DNA of 51,353 bases from an uncultured Spirochaetales bacterium (GTDB lineage: Bacteria > UBP6 > UBA1177 > JAKLFG01): positions 1 to 51,353 of the forward strand of contig CAYPQK010000007.1 of NCBI GenBank assembly GCA_964412895.1. The letters run 5' to 3'. Positions 42,933 to 51,353 of the stretch are shown here, piece by piece. Positions within the stretch are counted from its first letter, which is position 1, and the number at the start of each line of letters is the position of its first letter. The notes under the pieces were generated by a model. The model did not search any database. It was not told the DNA's origin and saw nothing but the letters and a program-made list of their open reading frames with translations. The position numbers and the translations under genes are program-made.

Positions 42933-44179
42933 CGCTTCTCGATATGCGAGACCGAGGTGAGTATCTGATCGGCCATGACGCGGCAGATCTCCCAGAGGAA
43001 CTTCGCCGCGGCGCCCGGCGACTCCTCAAGCAGCTCCTTTATGACGGAACGGCGTACCACGATGAAGGTGGAAGGCTTGTCTACAAAGAGGGTGTAGTTC
43101 ATCGGCTTCCCGGAGAAAAAGGCGACCTCGCCGATGAGACTGCCGGTGGCAAGCACCTCTATCTGGCGCGACTTGCGCAGGACCGAGACCTGCCCTTCGA
43201 GCATGACGAGCAGTTCCCCCTCGGGGTGTATCGGGAAGGAAATGATGTCGTATTTGTTCTGGGCCCGCACCTCCGACGAGGCGACCAGCCGCTCTATCTG
43301 CTCCTCGTCGAACCCGGAGAAAAGCGGCAGGGAGCGCGCCACGCCCGCGACATCGAGCAGTTTCTCGGCCGCCGCCATCTCCTCGTCGGCCTCGCGCGCC
43401 GTCACAAGTATCGCCGAGAAATTGTCCTCGGCGCCGGCCTTATAAATGGCGTCCATCATCGACCGTATCTCGCGGTCAAGAAAGCGTTTCTCCTCGAGCG
43501 CATCGATGCCGGGGACCGCCAGCTGGAGGGTGAACTCGGCGACCCGCGCCTCGTCGAAATAGCGGTGCACACCGTCGGAGCAGAGAAGGAACCGGTCGTT
43601 CAACCGTATCTCGAAGTTGCGTGTCTCGACCTCGATGGTATCGCACAGGCCGACGGCGCGGGTCAGGGTATTGGAGAGCGATCCGTCCAGCCCGTCGGGG
43701 GCCGCCCCGTATTTGCGTTCATAGTCGCCGCGCATCGTGTGATCGGTGGTCAGCTGGGTCATCACGGCGTTGCGGATGAGGTAGAGCCGCGAATCGCCGA
43801 CATGGAGCAGGAAGCCCTCGGTATCGATGGCCAACAGCAGCGTCAGCGTCGTCCCCATCTTGCCGCGCGAGCCGCTCTTGTCGGCCTCCTGCCAGACGGT
43901 GGTGTTGGCGCGCGTCGCCCCCTCGGCGATAAGGTCGAGCACCTTCTGCCGGTTCTCGGGACTGCGCGAAAGCCGGAACGCCTGCACCACCGCGTAGTGT
44001 TCGATGATGTGCCGCTCCAGCGTGTCGACCGTCAGCTGGGCCGCCACCTCGCCGTGCTTGCCGCCCCCCATGCCGTCGGCGACGATATAGAGCCCCTTTT
44101 CGGGCCACTCGAGGATCCAGTCCTCGTTGTTGGACCGTTTCTTACCGATATCGGTGATGCACGACGAAACAAACCGCAT
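42929..44179 (-). CDS. PP2C-family Ser/Thr phosphatase fused to a cyclic-nucleotide-binding domain
   Basis: PP2C motifs DIGKKRSNNEDW, ADGMGG, LCSDGV. The C-terminal cNMP-binding-like beta-roll contains GSLIGEVAFFSGKPMNYTL. Its stop overlaps the slt start (ATGA). Confidence 0.75.
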   Translation of the reverse strand: MRFVSSCITDIGKKRSNNEDWILEWPEKGLYIVADGMGGGKHGEVAAQLTVDTLERHIIEHYAVVQAFRLSRSPENRQKVLDLIAEGATRANTTVWQEADKSGSRGKMGTTLTLLLAIDTEGFLLHVGDSRLYLIRNAVMTQLTTDHTMRGDYERKYGAAPDGLDGSLSNTLTRAVGLCDTIEVETRNFEIRLNDRFLLCSDGVHRYFDEARVAEFTLQLAVPGIDALEEKRFLDREIRSMMDAIYKAGAEDNFSAILVTAREADEEMAAAEKLLDVAGVARSLPLFSGFDEEQIERLVASSEVRAQNKYDIISFPIHPEGELLVMLEGQVSVLRKSRQIEVLATGSLIGEVAFFSGKPMNYTLFVDKPSTFIVVRRSVIKELLEESPGAAAKFLWEICRVMADQILTSVSHIEKR

Positions 44180-44201
44180 GAATACTCCGTTGTACCGCGG
44201 A

Positions 44202-44230
44202 AAGATACCGGAACCAACGGCTCAAGTCAA
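44202..44230 (-). promoter_or_regulatory. sigma70-like promoter for the PP2C-slt operon (TTGACT-N17-TATCTT)
   Basis: On the minus strand, TTGACT at 44230-44225, a 17-nt spacer, then TATCTT at 44207-44202. An ACGGAG RBS precedes ATG 44179. Confidence 0.4.
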
Positions 44231-44260
44231 CTTTTGGGATGTCGGGGAAGATATAAAAAA

Positions 44261-44337
44261 TGGCGCGGTCGGCCGGACTTGAACCGGTGGCCTCCGACGT
44301 GACAGGCCGGCGTTATAACCAACTTAACTACGACCGC
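44261..44337 (-). tRNA. tRNA-Asp (anticodon GTC), CCA encoded
   Basis: Reverse complement reads GCGGTCG-TA-GTTA..TAAC-G-CCGGC-CTGTCAC-GTCGG-AGGCC-ACCGG-TTCAAGT-CCGGC-CGACCGC-G-CCA. 77 nt, with one A-C mismatch at the top of the T-stem. Confidence 0.85.
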
Positions 44338-44352
44338 GCCTCAAGGAACAGA

Positions 44353-44428
44353 TGGTGGGTGCTACAGGACTCGAACCTATGACCACCGGCGTGTAAAACC
44401 GATGCTCTACCAGCTGAGCTAAGCACCC
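44353..44428 (-). tRNA. tRNA-Val (anticodon TAC), CCA encoded
   Basis: Reverse complement reads GGGTGCT-TA-GCTC-AGCTGGTA-GAGC-A-TCGGT-TTTACAC-GCCGG-TGGTC-ATAGG-TTCGAGT-CCTGT-AGCACCC-A-CCA. 76 nt. Confidence 0.9.
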
Positions 44429-44443
44429 GACCAGCGGGGCGTA

Positions 44444-44471
44444 TTCTTACCATGCACCACGGCATTGTCAA
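44444..44471 (-). promoter_or_regulatory. sigma70-like promoter for tRNA-Val/tRNA-Asp (TTGACA-N16-TAAGAA)
   Basis: On the minus strand, TTGACA at 44471-44466 and TAAGAA(T) at 44449-44443, preceded by TGg. The tRNA-Val 5' end lies about 16 nt downstream. Confidence 0.45.
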
Positions 44472-44479
44472 CATATTTT

Positions 44480-46909
44480 TTATTTTTCGAGCAGGAGTTC
44501 CTTCATCAGGCCGTCCTGCTTCCGGTTCACGCGGTTGCGATATTCTTCTATGAGTTTGTCTATCGCAACGATGTCGATCTTTTTGCGCGAAAGACGCAGG
44601 TGGGTCAGTTCGGCGATCGCCTCTTCGTAGAGTCCCGCGCCGGCGAGCCGCCGCGCCGCATCGATGCGCCACTGCGGATTACCGCCGATGTCGGCCCCCT
44701 TGAGCAGGTACTTGAGCGAATCGCGCAGTTCTCCCCGTTTCATGAGCCAGTCGCTTTTCCAGCGGTAATAGCGGGCCAGATCGTCCTTGCGAATGAGCGC
44801 CTTGTCCTGCAGGCGGCCGTCCATCGCGGCGCATTTTTCCGGGGCATACTGGATATAGAGCTGGGCAAGCTGAAGGAGATCGTTGAAATTCCCGGTAAGC
44901 GTCGTGCCGCGCTCCATCTGCAGGATGGCGCCGGCATGGTCCTTTTTCTGGCGCAGCGATGCCCCCCGGAACAGATAGTAGCGCCCCTTCGCCGTCATCG
45001 GCAGGCCCTCAAGCCGCGGCTCGATCATATCGAGCAGGGTGTCGAGCAGGTCGTATTTGCCGCGCTGGATATAGCTGTTGCCCGCCGTTTCGAAGAATTC
45101 GATCTCGCGCCCCTCGATGAAGTACTCCACCAGTTCGGGAGCGGCGTTCTGCGCGCCGATGAACTGCGCGATGACCGGCTGAGCGAAAGGCCGTTCGAAG
45201 GGAAGGAGTTCCCGTATCCGTTTGTCGAGTCCCTGCGCCCGGAGCTGGCGGAAGATGTCGTGCAGGAGCGACCCGAGCCGGTTGTCGGGTACCCGCCGCA
45301 CGCTTTCGGTGAATATCGGCAGCGCCCCATCGGTCGAACCAAGCCGCAACAGCGCCGAACCGGTAAGATAGTAGACAAAATAGTAATCGGGTGCCTTGGC
45401 GGTGGCCTCCGACAGATACGGGAGCGACTGCAGGAACGCCCCGTCGGTCTGGGCGTTATAATGGCGGAGCGCCTCGCGCAGGGCCGGCTTGAAGTCGGCC
45501 GGATAGCGCTCTATGAGCGTTTCATACGGCAGGGTATCCTTGACACGGTAAAAATCGAGTTCGTCGCCGGTGGTCGCGCCGTAGATCAGTCCCGCCGCCG
45601 CCAGCATCGTGATGCCGAGGAAGAGATGCCGCCGCCGGCCTTTCAGTTCGAAGGCGCCGGAGGCCATCAGGTAGACCGCCACGGCCGGGAACAGTATCGC
45701 GAGGTCGTGCAGATTGAAATCGAGCGTATTGTGCATAAGGAGGAACAGCAGTATCGCCGCCGCGCCGCACCGGAGATGTTTCCCCCGGTTATACTTCACG
45801 AAGAACCAGACAAAGAGCGCCGCCGCGATGAACGCGACAAGGATGCCGTGCTCCAGCGCGAACTGCACCGGCTCGTTCTCCAGCTGTATGAAGAAGAGCC
45901 CCGGATCGCCCTGATAGTAGGGATAGACATGCATGAAACTGCCGAAGCCCGATCCGGCCAGCCAGAAGTCGGCGAGATATTCCCTGACCGTCACGATGAG
46001 AGCGAACTTGTCGAAGTAGTCGGGGCGCGTCATGTCGAATTCGGCGACGATGAATTGGTAGCCGATATAAAAGGCGGTCAGTACCGCAACGATGACGAAG
46101 AGGGTCGGCAGGGCGACCGCCGTGGTGCGGTGTTTGAGATACTTGAGGGCGCCGAACAGGATGACGGCAAGAAGCGACGCGAGTATGCCGCCGCGTGACA
46201 GCGTCATGATGACACCCAGCAGATTCACGAAGAACAGCGCGCCGTAGAAGACCCGCGCCCGGGCGAAGTCGGCCTCGGTGGCCGTCGCGAGGGAAAGGAG
46301 CGCCGCCACGCCGAAGAAGGCGGCGGCGTGGTTCATGTTGATAAGGGTCGGATGGATGAGGAGCGGCCCGCGCAGGAGCGACCCGAGCCACTGTGTCTCG
46401 CCGGTCATCTTGAGGAACACGCCGAACACGAAGACCGCGACGGCGGTCAGGATGATGGTATCGGTGATGGCGCGCCGCCAGCCGCGGTGCTCCCCTTCCA
46501 GCGTCCGCTGGAGCATCACCGCGAACAACACAAGCGCCCCGGTCCGCAGGAGCGAATATATCGTGTCGGGCAGAGACATCGTAAGCGGCCGCCAACCGGC
46601 AGGTCCGGCGAGGGTATGGAAATAATGCGCCTTGGGCGAGAGGAGCGCGATGAGCGCCGGCGGCAGCGGCAGGAGCTGGAAGAGCCCCCACAGGATGAGC
46701 ACCCCGAGCGGCAGGAGCAGGTACGGGACGAAGAGCCGTTTGCCCGCGACGAACATCCAGCCGCCCCACGCAAGGTAGAGCGCGGCGGTGAGCGCGATGA
46801 GGATCATGTTGACCGGGAGATGGGTATAGACCCCGCCCAGCAGGAACGGGGCGAGGATGATCGGCGCCGCGAACGAAAGGAATATGAGGATGTTTTTCAC
46901 GATCGGCAT
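44480..46909 (-). CDS. O-antigen ligase/polymerase-family (Wzy_C) polytopic membrane protein with large C-terminal TPR-like domain
   Basis: About 12 TM helices. Wzy_C-like motifs MTLSRGGILASLLAV and ...QLENEPVQFALEHGILVAF. The C-terminal 370 aa or so are helical-repeat (TPR-like). Confidence 0.65.
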   Translation of the reverse strand: MPIVKNILIFLSFAAPIILAPFLLGGVYTHLPVNMILIALTAALYLAWGGWMFVAGKRLFVPYLLLPLGVLILWGLFQLLPLPPALIALLSPKAHYFHTLAGPAGWRPLTMSLPDTIYSLLRTGALVLFAVMLQRTLEGEHRGWRRAITDTIILTAVAVFVFGVFLKMTGETQWLGSLLRGPLLIHPTLINMNHAAAFFGVAALLSLATATEADFARARVFYGALFFVNLLGVIMTLSRGGILASLLAVILFGALKYLKHRTTAVALPTLFVIVAVLTAFYIGYQFIVAEFDMTRPDYFDKFALIVTVREYLADFWLAGSGFGSFMHVYPYYQGDPGLFFIQLENEPVQFALEHGILVAFIAAALFVWFFVKYNRGKHLRCGAAAILLFLLMHNTLDFNLHDLAILFPAVAVYLMASGAFELKGRRRHLFLGITMLAAAGLIYGATTGDELDFYRVKDTLPYETLIERYPADFKPALREALRHYNAQTDGAFLQSLPYLSEATAKAPDYYFVYYLTGSALLRLGSTDGALPIFTESVRRVPDNRLGSLLHDIFRQLRAQGLDKRIRELLPFERPFAQPVIAQFIGAQNAAPELVEYFIEGREIEFFETAGNSYIQRGKYDLLDTLLDMIEPRLEGLPMTAKGRYYLFRGASLRQKKDHAGAILQMERGTTLTGNFNDLLQLAQLYIQYAPEKCAAMDGRLQDKALIRKDDLARYYRWKSDWLMKRGELRDSLKYLLKGADIGGNPQWRIDAARRLAGAGLYEEAIAELTHLRLSRKKIDIVAIDKLIEEYRNRVNRKQDGLMKELLLEK

Positions 46910-46917
46910 CGTATCCC

Positions 46918-48474
46918 CTAAAAGACGCGGTAGAACAACTGGACCGTCACGGCGTGGTAAGCGCGGATATCCTTGGTGATGAATGGCTGACGCTCGACCT
47001 GAAAGAGATACTGGATAGTGGCGAAGCTCGATATCCAGAAAGAGAGGGTGGTCTCCGAACTGAAATAGGTGTCTTCCGGTTCCTCGACGGTCACCAGCGA
47101 CACGAACTCCTCCTTCAGTTCAACGAACGAGAACGGCATCAGGGTAAGGTAGACGGTGAACTCGGGACCGTGCGAGTAACTGAAGGGATCGATACGCCGC
47201 AGTTCCTTTTCGGGAGTGGCGCCGTCATCGTTCGATTCATCGTAGTAGAACGGCGCGATATCCTGCTTGAAGCCGTATCCGGCGCGGGCCGTCAGAAAAA
47301 GGAGAGTTCCCCAGCGATACTCGAAATTGAGTCCGCCGCCTTCCTGTATCAAGGTAGGCGACCCGGTCTTCGATATCAGGATGTCGTCGGCCGGCATCGT
47401 CCAGCGACGGCCGTCGCGCTCGACACCGACATAGGTGTCACCGGTGGCCGAATAGTCACGGTGGTCAAAGAAGAATCGGGTATTGACCCGCGTGGAGAGA
47501 TAGGGACCGACCCACTTCCGGAGGCGGTAGATGACCGAGGTGTCGAACTTCGCCATGTCGCGGGTATTGCGCAGTATCTTGTCGTCCTTCAGCATGAAGT
47601 CCTCGAACAGGTCGAGCCGCGCGTTGTAGAGCCAGTCGCCGTCGTCGTAGGTGGCGCCGAAGTTGAGGGCGCTTCCCAGCGCCAGCGTGTTCTGATCTGC
47701 CGTGTCGCCGGTGAAATAGCCGTTGTTGACGAAAGACAGGTTGCCCGACAGGAGCAACCGGATATCCCAGTTCCCCTTCTCGGTCATCTGCTCATCGCCC
47801 GTTACCTCGCCGCCGCCGAGCAGTTGCCGCGTCTTCTCGTCGAAGATGAGCAATACCGTGGCCGCGGTCCGCTCCACCAGACGCACCGTCACGAAATTAC
47901 GGTACGAATCGGGCGCCTCGCCGCGCTTGGCGACCCGGAACAGTCCCGGCTTGAACAACCAGATGATCGGTTTCTCGCCGCGGGTCTCGTCGGCGCCGGT
48001 GCCGGTGCCGTAGTAGAGTTTGCTCTCCTCTTCGGTCACCTGATAGCCTTCGCGGAGCGGATTGTTGTAGGCGTCTATCACGCGGACGATGAGGGCGCTC
48101 CACAGCGGCATCACCACCGTCACCCGTTCGGGTTTGAGCGTCGCGTAGAAGACCATCCGCGTATCGAGCGGCCCCGATCCGATGTAGAGGACATAGGTCC
48201 CCGGATCAAGCGCCACCCGCTTGCCCGGTTCGGCGTCGGTGATGAACTCCTCGCCGCGGTAGACGGCGTAGGTCGGTTCGCGCTGACTGTCGACGAGGAA
48301 CGGGACGAACAGCGCCCCCTTCTCCATCGGCACCAGCGTCGCGTCGCGGGCGAGCTGTTCGCGTATCTCGGGGTCGGTCACCTGCTGGGAATCGAGCGTA
48401 AGACCATAGAGCGCACCGCCCCACAGTATCAGAACGCACAGGATGGTGGCATAAAGCGTCCTACTTTTTCTCAA
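46918..48474 (-). CDS. predicted outer-membrane beta-barrel protein with N-terminal periplasmic domain (unknown family)
   Basis: Signal peptide MRKSRTLYATILCVLILWGGALYG. The C-terminal half has an alternating amphipathic beta pattern rich in Y/F/G. It ends ...VQLFYRVF with a terminal Phe beta-signal. Overlaps the upstream gene by 14 nt. Confidence 0.5.
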   Translation of the reverse strand: MRKSRTLYATILCVLILWGGALYGLTLDSQQVTDPEIREQLARDATLVPMEKGALFVPFLVDSQREPTYAVYRGEEFITDAEPGKRVALDPGTYVLYIGSGPLDTRMVFYATLKPERVTVVMPLWSALIVRVIDAYNNPLREGYQVTEEESKLYYGTGTGADETRGEKPIIWLFKPGLFRVAKRGEAPDSYRNFVTVRLVERTAATVLLIFDEKTRQLLGGGEVTGDEQMTEKGNWDIRLLLSGNLSFVNNGYFTGDTADQNTLALGSALNFGATYDDGDWLYNARLDLFEDFMLKDDKILRNTRDMAKFDTSVIYRLRKWVGPYLSTRVNTRFFFDHRDYSATGDTYVGVERDGRRWTMPADDILISKTGSPTLIQEGGGLNFEYRWGTLLFLTARAGYGFKQDIAPFYYDESNDDGATPEKELRRIDPFSYSHGPEFTVYLTLMPFSFVELKEEFVSLVTVEEPEDTYFSSETTLSFWISSFATIQYLFQVERQPFITKDIRAYHAVTVQLFYRVF

Positions 48475-49060
48475 GTTCGGCGGCGATCTTTTGTATGAAT
48501 TTCTCGATCTCTTTGTCCATCATCTCGCCGAGCGCCCGGACCGTTTGCACCGCCTCCGGGCCGAAGACCTCGCGCCGCTCCTCGACCGGCAGCGAAACGA
48601 GCACCTTCCCCGTCTTGAACTCCTTGAGCGTCAGCACCATGTTGAGGTGGGCGAACCAGCGGTCGCCGCTGTCGAACTGATCGATCTCGAGCACCTCGCC
48701 CGATATCTCGTAGTCGGGCGTCTTGTCGAGCTTGATGATGAGATCGGAGAAGAGCCGGGCCGTCTTGAGGTGATTGTAGAGGACATCGGTCAGCATATCC
48801 TCGGGCCGCGACGCCCAGTAGTGGTTGGTGAAGTAGAATATCTCGTAAGGGGAGGTGCGGTAGACGAGGTTATAGCGCCGGTAGACCTTGTCGATCTCGA
48901 GCGTCTTGATGCGGGCCGTCGCCTCTATCTGGGCGACCGGCGCCGGGTTGGGCCGGTAGTAGACGCGGTAGTAGTGTTTCTGCCCCTGCGACCCGAAACA
49001 GCCGCCGAGCAGGAACGCCGCCGCGACGGCGCACAGCGCCGCGATCCATCCCTTTCTCAT
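48461..49060 (-). CDS. PqiC/YmbA-like ABC-type transport auxiliary lipoprotein (DUF330 family)
   Basis: Lipobox FLLGGC|FG. About 200 aa with a ...YYRVYY...VYRTSPYEIFYFTNHYWASRPEDMLTDVL... pattern typical of DUF330. Its start overlaps the mlaD-like stop (ATGA). Confidence 0.65.
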   Translation of the reverse strand: MRKGWIAALCAVAAAFLLGGCFGSQGQKHYYRVYYRPNPAPVAQIEATARIKTLEIDKVYRRYNLVYRTSPYEIFYFTNHYWASRPEDMLTDVLYNHLKTARLFSDLIIKLDKTPDYEISGEVLEIDQFDSGDRWFAHLNMVLTLKEFKTGKVLVSLPVEERREVFGPEAVQTVRALGEMMDKEIEKFIQKIAAELEKK

Positions 49061-50037
49061 TTTCCGTCTCCCGAACCGGTGCCCGACAGGATGGCGGCCG
49101 GATTCTCCATGATGATGCGGGTGAACTCGTTGAAGTTGTGCATACTCTCCGAAAGGTTCGCGAGCGACTGGTTGATGTCCTCCTGACTGCGCATGAGCGT
49201 CAGGTTGACCGTCTCGGTGGTCTTCTGCAGAGAGTCAAGCAGCAGCGATATCTTCTCCATCGTCCCCTTGATGTCGGCCTCGCGCACCGCGCCGCCCAGC
49301 TCGTCGGCGGTCCCCTTGAACGAGGTGAGCGTGCCGGTGATGACGCCGTCGCTCGCCGTCATGCCGCGGATATCGGTCACCACGGCGTCTATCTGGGACA
49401 TGCTCTGATTGAGCTTCTTCATGAACTGGGCCGATTCGCCGGTCAGCGCGTGGACATTGTCCTTGTTCTGCGCGAGTATGGTATTGAGCGATGTCGTTAT
49501 GCCGGCGACATTATTCGCTATCTGTTTGACCGTTTCGGGCTTTATCTCTTTGACGACATTGTTCACATTGTTCAGGATGATCTCGAGCTTCTCGGCGATG
49601 ACCTCCGCCTTGCCGGTGATCTGGTCCCACTGCGAATCGATGGACGGGACCTCGCCGTTCTTCGGGATATCCTTGAACTTGCCGCCACCCTTGAGTTCGA
49701 GGAACTTGAGTCCGGTGATGCCGATATTGCCGAGCTGGGAGGTGGTCCCCTCCTTCATCGGCGTTCCCGGCTTGAGGCAGTAATCTATACGGATGATGGA
49801 GCTGTCCATCTCGTCTATCGATATCTGCTGGACACTGCCGATGTTCATTCCTTGGAACTTGACGCTCGATCCCTCGGAGAGTCCGGCGACCGATACATTC
49901 TGGAATTTCGAGTAGTAACAGTCCTCGCGCTTCAGCACCTTGTCGCCGACGATGATACCGATAACGAGAAGGAATAGGGCGACACCGAATAAAAAGAAAA
50001 GGGCGACGCGCCGTTTTTGAGCCGGGGTGATCTGCAT
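49057..50037 (-). CDS. MlaD/MCE-domain protein (single MCE domain + helical C-terminal extension)
   Basis: N-terminal TM helix (VALFFLFGVALFLLVIGIIVG). MCE domain YYSKFQNVSVAGLSEGSSVKFQGMNIGSVQQISID. Long helical tail. Confidence 0.8.
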   Translation of the reverse strand: MQITPAQKRRVALFFLFGVALFLLVIGIIVGDKVLKREDCYYSKFQNVSVAGLSEGSSVKFQGMNIGSVQQISIDEMDSSIIRIDYCLKPGTPMKEGTTSQLGNIGITGLKFLELKGGGKFKDIPKNGEVPSIDSQWDQITGKAEVIAEKLEIILNNVNNVVKEIKPETVKQIANNVAGITTSLNTILAQNKDNVHALTGESAQFMKKLNQSMSQIDAVVTDIRGMTASDGVITGTLTSFKGTADELGGAVREADIKGTMEKISLLLDSLQKTTETVNLTLMRSQEDINQSLANLSESMHNFNEFTRIIMENPAAILSGTGSGDGK

Positions 50038-50063
50038 TACCGTAAACTAAACGATCCGGCGTC

Positions 50064-50092
50064 ATTCTAAAGATTGCGGCGCCGTTTGTCAA
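50064..50092 (-). promoter_or_regulatory. near-consensus sigma70 promoter for the MCE operon (TTGACA-N17-TAGAAT)
   Basis: On the minus strand, TTGACA at 50092-50087, a 17-nt spacer, then TAGAAT at 50069-50064. It sits in the 89-nt gap between the spoVR stop and the mlaD-like ATG. Confidence 0.55.
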
Positions 50093-50126
50093 TTTAATGG
50101 AAAAGCGCGCGTGAAGGGTTCGGGTG

Positions 50127-51353
50127 TTACAGCGTCTCTCTGACTATCTTGCGGTCGGCGCAGTGATAGCGGACGCGGCGGTATTCGCGCTGCGGTTCCG
50201 CCCCCTCCGTTTCGGGTTTTTTGACGACTATCTCGGTGGTTTCCAGCGTCACTTCGCCGCCCCACAGGAATTCTATGCCGATAAGCGTATCGCCGATGAA
50301 GTCCTTGACCAATTGCTTTCCCTCGAACTGATGCACGAGGGCAAGGCTCTTTTCGGTGGTGTGCGCCTCGTCGACCGTGATGACCGGCGGATGGTAGAGG
50401 TGTTCAAGCAGCATCTGTTTGTAGTCCTCGGCTTTGCGGCTCTTGATGTAGTACTGCCAGACGCCGCGCTCCTCGTCGAGCCGCTTGCCGACCACGAACA
50501 GATCGAACCGGTCGACGAATTCCTGATCGACGAAGGTATTGATGAGCATGAAGTCGCTGAAGTTGTCGCGCAGGGCGAAGATCGCCTTCTTCCCGGTGCC
50601 GGTCTTCTCGTCGAACGCCTCGCGCAAGTTGGCGTCGCTCACCTGCTGGAAACGGCGCGACATCTTGCCGCGGTCGGCCAGCTCCTCGACCCAGCGGATG
50701 AGCCGGAGTCCCACGGCGTAGGGATTGAGCCCGACGCGGCTGATGCTCGTCACCCCGGAGTTGACCCGCGCATAGTCCGATTCATGGCCGACGATCCGCT
50801 CGTCGCGCAGGAACAGTTCCTCGTGCCAGTAACTCGCCCACCCTTCGTTGAGGATCTTCGACCGTATCTGCGGCTGGAAGTAGAGCGCCGTATTGCGGAC
50901 CACCTGAATGAGCGACCGCATCCAGCCGTTCTCCTCTTTCTTGAGGAGCGGCGACCGGTCATGGATGAACTGTAGAAGGTCGTGGTAGCGCGTCTCCTTC
51001 TTCGCCCCCTGCCGTTCGAACTTCGCGACGAATTCGGGATAGCGGCCGCGCACCTCGGTGAAGAACAGTTCTTCGACCGCGGTCCCCTTCTCGTCCACCA
51101 GTTTGTTGTACTTCTCCAGTTCGCGGTAGTAGTCGGCGGTCGGCAGTTTCACGATCTCCTGCAGGAACGGGCCGAAGTAGAAGGCGGTCCGCGCCGAGGG
51201 ATCGAGTTCGGAGGGATATTCGCGCTCCGCCATCTCGGAGAAGTAGCCGGTGATGTTGTCGATGCCGCGCGCGAATTCGATGACATAGTCGACCCAGCGG
51301 CCGTATTCGCTCCGCAGGTTGGCGACCAGCCGTTTGTCGGCGAGCGCCTGCCC
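50127..51353 (-). CDS. spoVR: SpoVR-family protein, 5'-truncated at window edge
   Basis: LNEGWASYWHEELF and surrounding SpoVR-like sequence. The reading frame stays open for the 40 codons upstream of the track's Met (51233) up to nt 51353, so the gene probably continues beyond the window. Confidence 0.75.
   Translation of the reverse strand, partial: GQALADKRLVANLRSEYGRWVDYVIEFARGIDNITGYFSEMAEREYPSELDPSARTAFYFGPFLQEIVKLPTADYYRELEKYNKLVDEKGTAVEELFFTEVRGRYPEFVAKFERQGAKKETRYHDLLQFIHDRSPLLKKEENGWMRSLIQVVRNTALYFQPQIRSKILNEGWASYWHEELFLRDERIVGHESDYARVNSGVTSISRVGLNPYAVGLRLIRWVEELADRGKMSRRFQQVSDANLREAFDEKTGTGKKAIFALRDNFSDFMLINTFVDQEFVDRFDLFVVGKRLDEERGVWQYYIKSRKAEDYKQMLLEHLYHPPVITVDEAHTTEKSLALVHQFEGKQLVKDFIGDTLIGIEFLWGGEVTLETTEIVVKKPETEGAEPQREYRRVRYHCADRKIVRETL

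Noticed and set aside
38483-48498. Further long antisense or shadow ORFs (38483-40369, 41250-42968, 42944-44302, 44465-46198, 46954-48498, plus 8248-9495, 9624-11249, 20224-22533 and 23968-26037).
   Set aside because: Each lies opposite a gene with strong family motifs (pnp, slt, PP2C, Wzy-like, the barrel protein, S41, FGE, tamB, bamA). Their translations are Arg/Gly/Asp/Val-rich low complexity. This is the usual high-GC artefact.
1-51353. Prophage genes, defence systems (RM, CBASS, retron, Abi, TA pairs), rRNA, secondary-metabolite clusters.
   Set aside because: No ORF shows reverse transcriptase, nuclease/methylase, cyclase, capsid/terminase or PKS/NRPS motifs. The Fic protein is the only toxin-like enzyme, and it has no separate small antitoxin ORF next to it.

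Overview
This is a gene-dense 51.4-kb chromosomal segment from a diderm (Gram-negative-type) bacterium. G+C is about 60% in hand-counted sample lines. I could not run database searches, so every product call rests on motif recognition in the supplied translations.

I support 41 protein-coding genes (two cut by the window edges), 3 tRNA genes that all encode CCA (Gly-CCC, Asp-GTC, Val-TAC), about 10 sigma70-like promoters, and several repeats.

Housekeeping content:
- carD-like regulator (partial), tdh-kbl, bioA
- a mixed bioH-bioC-fba-ribF operon
- cca, tamB-bamA, DUF47/pit, aldehyde:ferredoxin oxidoreductase plus ferredoxin
- PEBP, family-4 UDG, MATE, plsC, rpsO-pnp-dut, slt, spoVR (partial)

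I found no CRISPR array, rRNA, transposase, integrase or reverse transcriptase.

Most interesting regions:
1. 2945-11243 is a run of five secreted proteins or lipoproteins. It starts with two paralogous lipoproteins made of follistatin-like (Cys-rich + Kazal) modules behind acidic 21-bp tandem-repeat stalks. Next come a strongly AT-rich DUF1566+LRR lipoprotein, an S41 protease lipoprotein, and an FGE-domain fusion protein.
2. 44480-50092 is a four-gene operon with its own consensus promoter. It encodes an orphan MCE (MlaD) protein, a PqiC/DUF330 lipoprotein, a predicted beta-barrel and an O-antigen-ligase/TPR membrane protein. It has no ABC permease, ATPase or PqiA.
3. 16036-18805 is a 2.7-kb segment carrying a class-II Fic-HTH protein and a Cys-rich PPC/LAS-type peptidase lipoprotein. 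It is bracketed by two ~50-bp near-identical promoter cassettes.

The many long antisense ORFs in the track are high-GC and codon-bias artefacts.
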